32,000 nucleotides of DNA from an uncultured archaeon (GTDB lineage Archaea > Iainarchaeota > Iainarchaeia > Iainarchaeales > 0-14-0-20-30-16): positions 18,527 to 50,526 of the forward strand of contig CAYZSS010000003.1 in NCBI GenBank assembly GCA_964480435.1. The letters run 5' to 3'. The position numbers and the translations under genes were made by a program. Position 1 is the first letter of the stretch. Every line of letters starts with the position of its first letter. The notes below the pieces were generated by a model. That model was given only the letters and a program-made list of their open reading frames with translations, made no database searches and was not told the DNA's origin. This document shows, piece by piece, positions 1 to 7,976 of this stretch.

Positions 1-641
1 TGGTTTGAAACCTTGGCTTGAGAATAAAGATAAGAATTATTAAAATAAGTCCAAGAACTATAGCCTGTCTGTTGTAGTTTAAAACCTGGGCTACTTATCA
101 CTAATTTGTCCATCGTTATATTCCAATTATCTGTTAATGAAATGTAACTTTTATAAACGCCTGTATTGGCCAATAAGTTAATATCGTTATCTTCAAGCTC
201 TTTCTTTATGCTGCCTAACAAAACTGTTTGCCTATATCCAAGATTTGTTAAATCTGATGAACTGATCTTTGAATATGAATATAAATATTGTAGACTGGAA
301 AGGAACTCATCTGATGCTGGCTTAGAGCAATTTGTATTTATTTTTTTTGTGGTGCTTAGCAAATTACTCATGCTTACCCAAGAATCGATAATTGATTTTT
401 CATAGTTCGATTTGGCAGAATTTAGTGTTTTTAGTGTTTCTGATTTAAAACTAAATCCAAAAAGAGAATTGTACTTTTCATTACATTTGCCAGCAGTTAA
501 ACAATCAGGAGAATCAGAATAAGTAATATTTGTTTTATCAGTACACAAACTTATTATGTTTGTTTTTTCTTGTTCTTCCACACAGCCAGATAGAAAAAGC
601 AAAACGATACAAACAAAGCATACTAAATAACTATATTTCAT
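1..641 (-). CDS. Partial secreted lipoprotein-like protein (first 213 codons; continues past the window start)
   Basis: My own minus-strand translation from ATG at 641-639 gives MKYSYLVCFVCIVLLFLSGCVEEQEKTNIISLCTDK... and stays open to position 1. It is absent from the supplied track because it has no in-window stop. It has a hydrophobic signal followed by a lipobox-like LSGC. A TATA-like TTTTATAT lies on the minus strand about 26-33 nt upstream (plus coordinates 667-674). Confidence 0.6.
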   Translation of the reverse strand, partial: MKYSYLVCFVCIVLLFLSGCVEEQEKTNIISLCTDKTNITYSDSPDCLTAGKCNEKYNSLFGFSFKSETLKTLNSAKSNYEKSIIDSWVSMSNLLSTTKKINTNCSKPASDEFLSSLQYLYSYSKISSSDLTNLGYRQTVLLGSIKKELEDNDINLLANTGVYKSYISLTDNWNITMDKLVISSPGFKLQQTGYSSWTYFNNSYLYSQAKVSN

Positions 642-698
642 TCGCGAAATAAATAAGTAGAAAAAGAATATAAAACTATTTATTTTCTTCTTTGTGGT

Positions 699-3164
699 TT
701 AGAAAAGGGTTTTTTGTCCAATTAGTTTTTTAACTACAATTTCATCTGGCCCTTCTTTTTTATTTACATGTAGTTCTAATTGTGATTCTATTTCTTTTGC
801 TCTTTCAATAACTGTTTTTGGTATCCCTGCGAGTTTGGCAACAGCTATACCATAACTTTTATCTATGCTTCCACGTACGATCTTTCGTAAAAATATTATT
901 TCTCCATTGTGTTCTTTTACAGAAATATGGTAGTTTTTTACCCCTTGCAACTTGTTTTCTAATTCAGTTATTTGATAATAATGGGTCGCAAATAATGTTT
1001 TTGCTTTAATATTTTCATAAATGTACTCTAATACAGACCAAGCAATACTTAGCCCATCAAAAGTTGAGGTGCCACGCCCCACCTCGTCAAGAATAATAAA
1101 ACTTTTTTCAGTGGCATTATTTAAAATATTGGCTACTTCAGTCATCTCCACCATAAATGTGCTTTGGCCCATTGCTAAATTATCTCTTGCGCCGATTCTT
1201 GTAAAAATTCTGTCTACTACTCCTATGGTGGCTTTCTCTGCAGGGACATAAGAACCAATTTGAGCCATTAAAATAATCAAAGCATTTTGTCGAAGATAAG
1301 TTGATTTCCCCGCCATATTTGGCCCAGTAAGAATAATTACTTTTTGCTCGTTTTTTTCTAAATTTAAATCATTTTTTATGAATTCATCAACTTCGATTTT
1401 TTCAATTACTGGGTGTCTGCCATTAATAATATTTAAATTGTAGCTGTCTGATATTGCCGGCCTTGTATAGTTGTTTTTTATGGCAGTTATGGCAAGGCAA
1501 TTGTAAAAATCAATGTCTTCGGTTATTTTGCTTAAATCATATAAAATGGTAATTTTTTCATTAATTGTTTCAACAATCTTAAAAAATAATTCGTATTCTA
1601 GTGCTTTAATTTTTTCTTCTGAGCTTAAATAAGTATCTTCTAATTTTTTTAGTTCGTCAGTAATATATCTTTCAGCATTTGCAAGAGTTTGTTTTCTAAT
1701 ATAGTGTGGGGGCACAGCTACATTTGAACCAGGTATTTCAATGAAGTATCCAAAAACACGGTTATACTTTATTTTTAAAGTTTTTATTCCTGTTTTTTCT
1801 TTTTCTTGTTGTTCTATTGCAATTATCTTTTCAGTTATATTTTCTTTTAAATACTTTAGTTCATCAATAACAGGGTTAAATCCCTTTTTTATAATGCCTC
1901 CATCTCTTAAGATTAAAGGCGGTTCATTAACAATACTTTCTTCAATAAGTTTCCCTATGTCTAAAATTTCTGGTTTAAGTTCAAAATCTAAATTTTGTAT
2001 TCTTTCGCAGAGATTTTTTATGTTAGGCATAACGAACAAGGCATTTTTTAGTCCAACTAAATCTCGGGGGTTTGCGGTGTTCATAGATATCTTTGATAAA
2101 ATTCGTTCTATATCAGGTACTTGTTTAAGTGAATCTGCTAGGTCAGTATAAAATCCGGAATTAATAATTGTTTCAATGCTATTTAACCGGTAATTAATTT
2201 TGTCTTTGTTTATTAATGGTCTTAAAATTTCTCTTTTTAATTTTCTTGCACCCATCGCTGTATTGGTATTATCTAAGGTATCTAATAATGTGTTTTTTCT
2301 TGTTCTACTAAAATTGTTTTCTATTAGTTCTAGATTTTGTATTGTTTGTGAGTCCAAATACATGAATTCACTTAAGCTGAATTTTTTAATTGATTTTATG
2401 TGGTTTATTTTTCCTCTTTGAGTAAGTCTAAAATAGTAAAGTAGAGCCCCCGCTGCGGAAATTATCTCTTCTTTGTCTGAAATTTCAAAACAATCAAGAT
2501 TTAATATGTTAAAATTAGTTTTGATTTCTTCTGCTCCAAACTCTTTGTTAAAAAAAACAAAAGAAATTGGTGTTATGGCGGCAGAAGTGATTTTTTTAAT
2601 TCTTGAAATTATAGTTTCACTAGTATTATCTGGAATTAGTATTTCTGCGGGCTGTATTTTTATTATTTCATGTATAAGTTCATCCAGACCATCTAATTCA
2701 GTTACTCTGAATTCACCAGTAGAAATATCTGATATGGCTAGCCCAATTTTTTGTCCTGGAAAAATACTTAAAATATAATTATTGGTCTTTGAGTCCAAAA
2801 AATCTCCATTTAATACTGTCCCGGGTGTTATGGTTCTAAGCACATCTCTTTTTACTAATCTGCCTTTTGCTAATTTTGGGTCTTCCATTTGTTCAATAAT
2901 TGTTACTGTAAGCCCGGCTCTTATTAGTTTTGCCAGATAGTTGTCTAAAGCATGAAATGGTATTCCTGCCAAGGGTACTCCTTGTGCGCCTCGCTTTGTA
3001 AGGGTTATATTCAGCACTTTTGAGGCCATTTTGGCATCATCAAAAAAAGTTTCATAGAAATCTCCCATTCTGAACAATAGTAAGGAGGTGGGATACTCTT
3101 GTTTGATTTTGACAAACTGTTTCATAGCAGGTGTAAGATTATCCATACTATCATTATACAACAA
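699..3164 (-). CDS. mutS: DNA mismatch repair protein MutS (MutS1 type)
   Basis: 821 aa. The N-terminal mismatch-binding motif reads TPAMKQFVKIKQEYPTSLLLFRMGDFYETFFDDA, the Walker A is GPNMAGKSTYLRQ, and DEVGRGTSTFDG and the C-terminal HTH region are present. An alternative start is Met7 (MDNLTP). Confidence 0.93.
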   Translation of the reverse strand: MLYNDSMDNLTPAMKQFVKIKQEYPTSLLLFRMGDFYETFFDDAKMASKVLNITLTKRGAQGVPLAGIPFHALDNYLAKLIRAGLTVTIIEQMEDPKLAKGRLVKRDVLRTITPGTVLNGDFLDSKTNNYILSIFPGQKIGLAISDISTGEFRVTELDGLDELIHEIIKIQPAEILIPDNTSETIISRIKKITSAAITPISFVFFNKEFGAEEIKTNFNILNLDCFEISDKEEIISAAGALLYYFRLTQRGKINHIKSIKKFSLSEFMYLDSQTIQNLELIENNFSRTRKNTLLDTLDNTNTAMGARKLKREILRPLINKDKINYRLNSIETIINSGFYTDLADSLKQVPDIERILSKISMNTANPRDLVGLKNALFVMPNIKNLCERIQNLDFELKPEILDIGKLIEESIVNEPPLILRDGGIIKKGFNPVIDELKYLKENITEKIIAIEQQEKEKTGIKTLKIKYNRVFGYFIEIPGSNVAVPPHYIRKQTLANAERYITDELKKLEDTYLSSEEKIKALEYELFFKIVETINEKITILYDLSKITEDIDFYNCLAITAIKNNYTRPAISDSYNLNIINGRHPVIEKIEVDEFIKNDLNLEKNEQKVIILTGPNMAGKSTYLRQNALIILMAQIGSYVPAEKATIGVVDRIFTRIGARDNLAMGQSTFMVEMTEVANILNNATEKSFIILDEVGRGTSTFDGLSIAWSVLEYIYENIKAKTLFATHYYQITELENKLQGVKNYHISVKEHNGEIIFLRKIVRGSIDKSYGIAVAKLAGIPKTVIERAKEIESQLELHVNKKEGPDEIVVKKLIGQKTLF

Positions 3165-3247
3165 AACTCTTTTTTATTGTTTCTACGAATCTCTTTATAA
3201 ATATTTGTTATGAAAAAAATAATAGACTTTAACACATTTGTCTTTTT

Positions 3248-3320
3248 GGGTTCGTAGCTCAGTTGGTAGAGCACTGGACTTTTAATCCAGGTGTCCGGGG
3301 TTCGAGCCCCCGCGAGCTCA
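3248..3320 (+). tRNA. tRNA-Lys (anticodon UUU)
   Basis: Hand-folded cloverleaf, 73 nt. The acceptor GGGTTCG/CGAGCTC has two G-T wobbles. The D arm is GCTC-AGTTGGTA-GAGC. The anticodon stem CTGGA/TCCAG carries loop CTTTTAA. The T arm is CGGGG-TTCGAGC-CCCCG with discriminator A. No CCA is encoded. It is a GC-rich island in AT-rich DNA. Confidence 0.9.
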
Positions 3321-3551
3321 TATCGCCTTTAATAAAAGGCAAAAAGCTTTCCTGACAAGATAATATGTTACTTCTTTGATTTTTTGCTTTTGGTAAAAAT
3401 TTTTGGGGGTAACACCTCTTTCTTAGAGTTTTTATAAAAAGGCCCTTATGTATATTGGGAAAATTATTTATATAAGCAATCACAATATATTTATAAAGAT
3501 TAACAGCTATGTTTTATCAGGAGATATTTATATTAATCTGGAGGGGTACAA

Positions 3552-3911
3552 ATGGCATTCATAGATAAAATGTTAAAAAAATCAAAAACTGACGATGTAG
3601 ACATAGAAGATTTCTTAAACAATTTAGATGTTTCAGAAGAAGAAATGTATGACGAAGCAGACGCATATGTAAAACCAATTATGCTAAAAGTGGATACAGA
3701 TCTAAAAACAGTAGCAAAAGAATTGAAAGAAGGAAATATTGTACTACTAAATGTTTCAGATTTAGTTAAGAGGAGCCCAGTAAGACTAAAAGAGCAATTG
3801 GCTAAATTAAAGAGATTCGTAACTGAAATAGATGGAGATATTGCTAGAATATCTGAAGAGCAGGTTATTTTAACTCCAACCAAGATAAAGATAGTAAAGA
3901 GGAAGAAATAA
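3552..3911 (+). CDS. sepF: Cell division protein SepF homolog (DUF552 family)
   Basis: 119 aa, typical archaeal SepF length. It has an acidic N-terminus, then YVKPIMLKVDTDLKTVAKELKEGNIVLLNVSDL ... IDGDIARISEEQVILTPTKIKI, which matches the SepF core pattern as I recall it. GGAGGGG lies 7-8 nt upstream of the ATG, and a TATA-like ATTTATATTA lies further upstream. Confidence 0.75.
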   Translation: MAFIDKMLKKSKTDDVDIEDFLNNLDVSEEEMYDEADAYVKPIMLKVDTDLKTVAKELKEGNIVLLNVSDLVKRSPVRLKEQLAKLKRFVTEIDGDIARISEEQVILTPTKIKIVKRKK

Positions 3912-3945
3912 ATTCCCATAACGGGGATTTGTTTCAGCTCTGATA

Positions 3946-3965
3946 CTTTTTGCAAAAGCAAAAAG
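3946..3965 (+). terminator. Hairpin CTTTTTGC-AAAA-GCAAAAAG downstream of sepF (possible terminator or RNA stability element)
   Basis: Perfect 8-bp stem with a 4-nt loop, 35 nt after the sepF stop. It is flanked by further small hairpins: TCCC..GGGA at 3914-3927 and GAAGAA-GCAA-TTCTTC at 3974-3989. Confidence 0.35.
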
Positions 3966-4007
3966 AACTTTGGGAAGAAGCAATTCTTCTTTTTCTAATC
4001 TTGTTGG

Positions 4008-4760
4008 GTGCCAAAATTGAGAACTACTTTTAAAAATGAATATTCAATAGAAGAAATATCCGAGTATATGGATGAATTACTAATAAAAAAAGGAACAAGA
4101 ATATACGAATTTGATACCCCTAAATATAATCTTATTTATGTCCCTTTTTGGGTTTTTGAATATCATTTAGGGAAAAAAACTGGTTTTGGATATTTAAATG
4201 CTAGTAATTCGGAAGTTGTATTGGATAATGTTTTTTATAAAGAAACAGTAAAAAAAGAACAAATTGACTTAGATGTTCTTCTTACCTATGAAGAATATAG
4301 ATTTTATAAACCCGAAATTAAAAAAAATTTATATGAGCAAGATTTAAAGGCAAGAGAATTTCTAAACTATAAGCTACCTTATTTGTTTGAAAACAAAGAT
4401 CAACATTTTATAACCAACCTAGATTTAGTATATTTCCCATTTTGGGAGGTATCTGTGAAAATAGATAAGGCGTACAAAATGTCGCTTTTATCTACTATAA
4501 ACAAAACCCTCTCTAGTTTAGACGTTATCCAATCTGATTTTAAACAAGTAAAAGATACTAGCTCATCCGGTTTGTTTTTAGATTTGCTAAAAGAAATTAA
4601 AAGCCCTACTGGATTTTTTAAGTATTTGGGGAACATATTTTTATATCTTTCAAAAATACTATTTGATTTTTTTGCCTATTTTTTTACAGGCAAGTATGTA
4701 GGTATTAAATTATTGGTATTAGTTATAGTTATTGTTGCTCTTTTCATTATTTTTTTATAA
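4008..4760 (+). CDS. Hypothetical C-terminally anchored membrane protein with an internal duplication (two Y-x-PFW modules)
   Basis: 250 aa ORF with a GTG start; the start is uncertain and the next in-frame Met is codon 21. Two similar modules are present, NLIYVPFWVFEYHLGKK and NLDLVYFPFWEVSVKIDK. A single C-terminal TM reads IKLLVLVIVIVALFIIFL. I recognise no family. Confidence 0.55.
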   Translation: MPKLRTTFKNEYSIEEISEYMDELLIKKGTRIYEFDTPKYNLIYVPFWVFEYHLGKKTGFGYLNASNSEVVLDNVFYKETVKKEQIDLDVLLTYEEYRFYKPEIKKNLYEQDLKAREFLNYKLPYLFENKDQHFITNLDLVYFPFWEVSVKIDKAYKMSLLSTINKTLSSLDVIQSDFKQVKDTSSSGLFLDLLKEIKSPTGFFKYLGNIFLYLSKILFDFFAYFFTGKYVGIKLLVLVIVIVALFIIFL

Positions 4761-5498
4761 ATTATAATCATCAATATTTCGTATTTCCATTCCTTTTGAG
4801 GTTATTTCTAAAGGATGTATATCTGACGAATGTTTTGTACCACGCAGTTTTCTTACCAAAAACGTTCTATTTATTCCTTGAACTCCTGTGTCCAAGTATT
4901 TAAGTATAAATACTCCATCCGCAACAAATTCTTCTACCCCGAATCTACTGTATTTTTTTGTATCTTGTTCTAATTCGGAAACCATCAGAGTTGTAACTCC
5001 TATTTTGGAAAACATATAAACCATTTCTAATATGGCTAGTCTTGCATCGTCAGAATTTTTAAAATATACTCCCATTGTTGCAACAGAGTCAATAACCAAT
5101 CTTTTTGCTCCTATTGATTTACAAGCCTTAATAGTTTCAAGAATCAACTTTTTATAATCAAAACTAGTATCAACTATGGCGTGTTCTTCAGCGGAAGGCA
5201 AGCCCAATCTTCCGATTGATGCATCAATAACAAGTAATTTTTGCTGATCTTCCATGTCTTTTATGTCCCAGCCAAATTTTTCCATATCTTGTCTTACTAG
5301 ATCTGGTCTTTCATCTAGGGTAACATATACTCCTGGTTCGTTATACTTGGCAGCCCCATTGTATAAAAATTGCATGGAAAATATTGTTTTTCCCGCACCT
5401 GTAGCACCAGAGACAAGAACTGTTCTGTTTTTTGGTATTCCACCCTCAATTAGGTCGTCTAGACCTTCTATTCCACTTGGTATTCTTTCTAACGCCAT
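4755..5498 (-). CDS. KaiC-like / RecA-superfamily ATPase (single domain, COG0467-like)
   Basis: 247 aa. The sequence RIPSGIEGLDDLIEGGIPKNRTVLVSGATGAGKTIFSMQFLYNG gives a Walker A of GATGAGKT, with LVIDS as the Walker B region. It overlaps the convergent upstream gene by 6 nt. Confidence 0.8.
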   Translation of the reverse strand: MALERIPSGIEGLDDLIEGGIPKNRTVLVSGATGAGKTIFSMQFLYNGAAKYNEPGVYVTLDERPDLVRQDMEKFGWDIKDMEDQQKLLVIDASIGRLGLPSAEEHAIVDTSFDYKKLILETIKACKSIGAKRLVIDSVATMGVYFKNSDDARLAILEMVYMFSKIGVTTLMVSELEQDTKKYSRFGVEEFVADGVFILKYLDTGVQGINRTFLVRKLRGTKHSSDIHPLEITSKGMEIRNIDDYNL

Positions 5499-5562
5499 AT
5501 TATTCTCACTACTATTAAATAGCTTGTTTTATATATAAATATTTTCGTTTATTATATGTTAT

Positions 5563-6405
5563 ATGCAGATAGAAATAGATTTGAATAATTCAGTTTACAA
5601 AAGTGCTAAAGACTATTATGACTATGCAAAAAAGCAAAAACTAAAGCTTAAGTCAGCACAAGATAATAGGGAATTGCTTTCTAATAACTTAGAAAAATTA
5701 AAATTAGAAGATCAAAAAGTTGTAGAAAAAACAAAAATGAAAGAGAAAAGAACAACATTTTGGTTTGAAAAGTACGTTTGGAGCCTTTCAACAAATGGGC
5801 ATTTAATTGTTGGCGGAAGAGATTCAACTACAAACGAAATCTTAATAAAAAGATATTTAGAGAGGGATGACATGGCTTTCCACACAAATATTCAGGGGGC
5901 CGCATTTGTAATACTAAAGCAAGGTAAAAATGCAAAAGAAGTTGATAAAAAAGATGCTGCTCAAATTGCAGCCTGTTTTTCCAGGGCATGGAAAGAAGGA
6001 TTTAGTTCAATTGACGTATATTCTATGGCACCTGAGCAAATATCTAAGTCCCCAAACCCAGGGGAATACCTTCCTAAGGGGTCATTTATAATAAGGGGGG
6101 AAAGGCAGTGGCATAAGGATGTGGAGCTTAAGCTTAATATATCTTTAATAAACGGATCAAAATTAGAAAAAGATGAAACAGACATATATCTCCCTTTTGT
6201 TGGTTCTGAGTCCTCTGTAAAAAAGTATGGGGCCACAGAGAGAGTAATAGTTCAGAAAGGAAGAATGAAAAAAGGAGAGGCAGCAAAGAAGTTATATTCA
6301 AAATATTACTCTTTTTTAAAAGCAAAGCAAAGCCCAATTTTAGCTATTGATGATTATGTGAAATTATTGCCTTCTGGAGAACTTGATCTAAAAATAGCAA
6401 AATAA
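5563..6405 (+). CDS. NFACT-family protein lacking the N-terminal half (coiled coil + NFACT-R/DUF814 + NFACT-C only)
   Basis: 280 aa. It opens with a coiled-coil segment (SAKDYYDYAKKQKLKLKSAQ). It continues with WFEKYVWSLSTNGHLIVGGRDSTTNEILIKRYLERDDMAFHTNIQGAAFVILK, the DUF814 pattern, and ends with a PGEYLPKGSFIIRGE tail. Confidence 0.7.
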   Translation: MQIEIDLNNSVYKSAKDYYDYAKKQKLKLKSAQDNRELLSNNLEKLKLEDQKVVEKTKMKEKRTTFWFEKYVWSLSTNGHLIVGGRDSTTNEILIKRYLERDDMAFHTNIQGAAFVILKQGKNAKEVDKKDAAQIAACFSRAWKEGFSSIDVYSMAPEQISKSPNPGEYLPKGSFIIRGERQWHKDVELKLNISLINGSKLEKDETDIYLPFVGSESSVKKYGATERVIVQKGRMKKGEAAKKLYSKYYSFLKAKQSPILAIDDYVKLLPSGELDLKIAK

Positions 6406-6448
6406 ATTAAAAAGTAAAGGATATATATCATTTAGTTCTATATTAAAA

Positions 6449-7000
6449 ATGAAAAAATATTTGTTTCCCTATAAACAAAGTAACACATATTTCAAATTTT
6501 TTAAAAAAGAAAATATTGATTTGATTTTTGTTAGCTGTTTTGCGTTCTTGATTCCAATAATATTTGCAAAACTGGCTACTTTTCCAAGTCAAATTATTAT
6601 TGGTACGGCAGTAAACTTTTTGTTGGCTTATGTTGCTCTAAATTATGATATAAAAAAAGCAGGTCCTATTATTTTGTTGCCTTCTTTTGGAATGCTAATT
6701 TCAGGGATTATTTTTGGGGCGCTGTCCATATATTTAATTTATCTGATTCCAGTTATTTGGGTTGGCAATTACCTATATGTTTATCTAATACAATACATTA
6801 AATTAGGTTATAAAAAAAGTTATTTCATTTCTCTTTTTGCCGGCAGTTTGGCTAAATCTGGACTGTTAACAGCAATTACTTTGTTATTTGTTTTTTCTGG
6901 TTTTGTACCGCAAATCATGCTATTATCAATGAGTTTAATGCAATTAGTAACTGCTCTTAGTGGTGGTCTTTTTGCAGGAATTTATTATTTAATAAGGTAG
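6449..7000 (+). CDS. Multi-pass integral membrane protein, function unknown
   Basis: 183 aa with about five hydrophobic helices (e.g. LIFVSCFAFLIPIIFAKL, GPIILLPSFGMLISGIIFGALSIYLIYLIPVIWV). There is a vague resemblance to small vitamin-transporter S components, but I cannot support that. Confidence 0.55.
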   Translation: MKKYLFPYKQSNTYFKFFKKENIDLIFVSCFAFLIPIIFAKLATFPSQIIIGTAVNFLLAYVALNYDIKKAGPIILLPSFGMLISGIIFGALSIYLIYLIPVIWVGNYLYVYLIQYIKLGYKKSYFISLFAGSLAKSGLLTAITLLFVFSGFVPQIMLLSMSLMQLVTALSGGLFAGIYYLIR

Positions 7001-7006
7001 ATAAGT

Positions 7007-7714
7007 ATGGGGTTTATTGAAGACTTATATGTGGAATTAAATCAATTAGCAAAAAATCCTGCTAATGTTAAAGATTACTCTCGATTTCATAAAGATGGAA
7101 AAAAACATATTAGCTTATCATCATCGGTTACTAAAAAACTTTATGCTGAAAAATTTAAACAAGTTAAACATTTAGACTATAAACAAATATTGGTCTTTTG
7201 TGAAAAATTATTGGAATATAAAGAGAGCTCTTGCAGAGGTATGGCATTTGATTGGGCATTTAGAATTAGAAAAAAATATAAAAAAGAAGATTTTTCTATT
7301 TTTGAAAAATGGCTGAACAAATATGTTGATACTTGGGGTAGTTGTGATGATTTTTGTACGCATGCTTTAGGATATTTTTTATTAGAATTTCCTGAATTTT
7401 TACCTGAATTAAACAGATGGACAAAATCAAAAAATATGTGGGTTAGAAGAGCATCGGCAGTAATTTTAATTTATGGGCTAAGAAAAAATAAATTTATTGA
7501 TAAAACTTTTGAAATTGCAACTATTTTATTGCAGGATCAAGAAGATTTAGTGCAAAAAGGTTATGGTTGGATGCTTAAAGAAGCAGGTAATAAGTATCAA
7601 AAGCAAGTTTTTGACTTTGTTATGAAAAATAAGGCAAAAATGTCCAGAACAGCCTTACGTTATGCAATAGAAAAAATACCTCCAAACCTAAAAAAAGCAG
7701 CAATGGCGCGGTAA
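7007..7714 (+). CDS. DNA alkylation repair protein (AlkC/AlkD-like HEAT-repeat family)
   Basis: 235 aa. The characteristic C-terminal pattern is TWGSCDDFCTHALGYF ... WVRRASAVILIYGLRK ... LVQKGYGWMLKEAGNKY ... MSRTALRYAIEK. Confidence 0.75.
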   Translation: MGFIEDLYVELNQLAKNPANVKDYSRFHKDGKKHISLSSSVTKKLYAEKFKQVKHLDYKQILVFCEKLLEYKESSCRGMAFDWAFRIRKKYKKEDFSIFEKWLNKYVDTWGSCDDFCTHALGYFLLEFPEFLPELNRWTKSKNMWVRRASAVILIYGLRKNKFIDKTFEIATILLQDQEDLVQKGYGWMLKEAGNKYQKQVFDFVMKNKAKMSRTALRYAIEKIPPNLKKAAMAR

Positions 7715-7774
7715 CCTTTAAAAACATAACAGTAGGAAATATATCTTAATCTAGTAAAATTATTTTTTACAATT

Positions 7775-7858
7775 ACTTGCCTTTTTTTTGAAAAAAGGGT
7801 TTTGTATTGTATTTAAGCGACGTTTTTTCGCAACTTGCCTTTTTTTTGAAAAAAGGCA
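7775..7858. repeat. Two copies of a 24-nt palindrome-containing direct repeat ACTTGCCTTTTTTTTGAAAAAAGG, 58 bp apart
   Basis: Copy A is at 7775-7798 and copy B at 7833-7856, and they are identical. Copy B extends to a 10-bp-stem hairpin, TGCCTTTTTT/AAAAAAGGCA (7836-7858), which ends 1 nt before tRNA-Asp. A related TTTTTGAAAAAAGTTACTTG lies just after the tRNA (7944-7963). Confidence 0.75.
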
Positions 7859-7859
7859 G

Positions 7860-7931
7860 GCCCAAATGGTCTAGTGGTTATGATGGGGCCCTGTCGAGGC
7901 CTCGATCCGGGTCCGATTCCCGGTTTGGGCG
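7860..7931 (+). tRNA. tRNA-Asp (anticodon GUC)
   Basis: Hand-folded, 72 nt. The acceptor pair GCCCAAA/TTTGGGC is perfect. The anticodon stem GGGCC/GGCCT carries loop CTGTCGA. The T arm is CCGGG-TCCGATT-CCCGG with discriminator G. Position 55 of the T loop reads C instead of the near-universal U. Confidence 0.85.
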
Positions 7932-7976
7932 TTACCTTTTTCATTTTTGAAAAAAGTTACTTGTTTTGTGGTTGTT

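Noticed and set aside
166-405. 79-aa plus-strand ORF from the track
   Set aside because: It lies entirely antisense to the better-supported minus-strand lipoprotein ORF (1-641). It has a low-complexity hydrophobic translation and no start context.
818-2778. Five plus-strand ORFs (63-136 aa) inside mutS
   Set aside because: They are antisense shadows of a well-supported 821-aa MutS gene. Their translations are Phe/Ile/Leu/Ser-rich nonsense, typical of the reverse strand of AT-rich coding DNA.
3259-3483. 74-aa minus-strand ORF
   Set aside because: Its 3' part is the reverse complement of tRNA-Lys. The rest is promoter and intergenic DNA.
3533-3961. 142-aa minus-strand ORF
   Set aside because: It is antisense to sepF, which has a recognisable family signature and a Shine-Dalgarno-like GGAGG.
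4755-5498. Calling the KaiC-like ATPase ArlH (archaellum) or RadB
   Set aside because: Only the generic Walker A/B KaiC/RecA core is visible. No arlI/arlJ or recombination genes are adjacent, so a specific assignment is unsupported.
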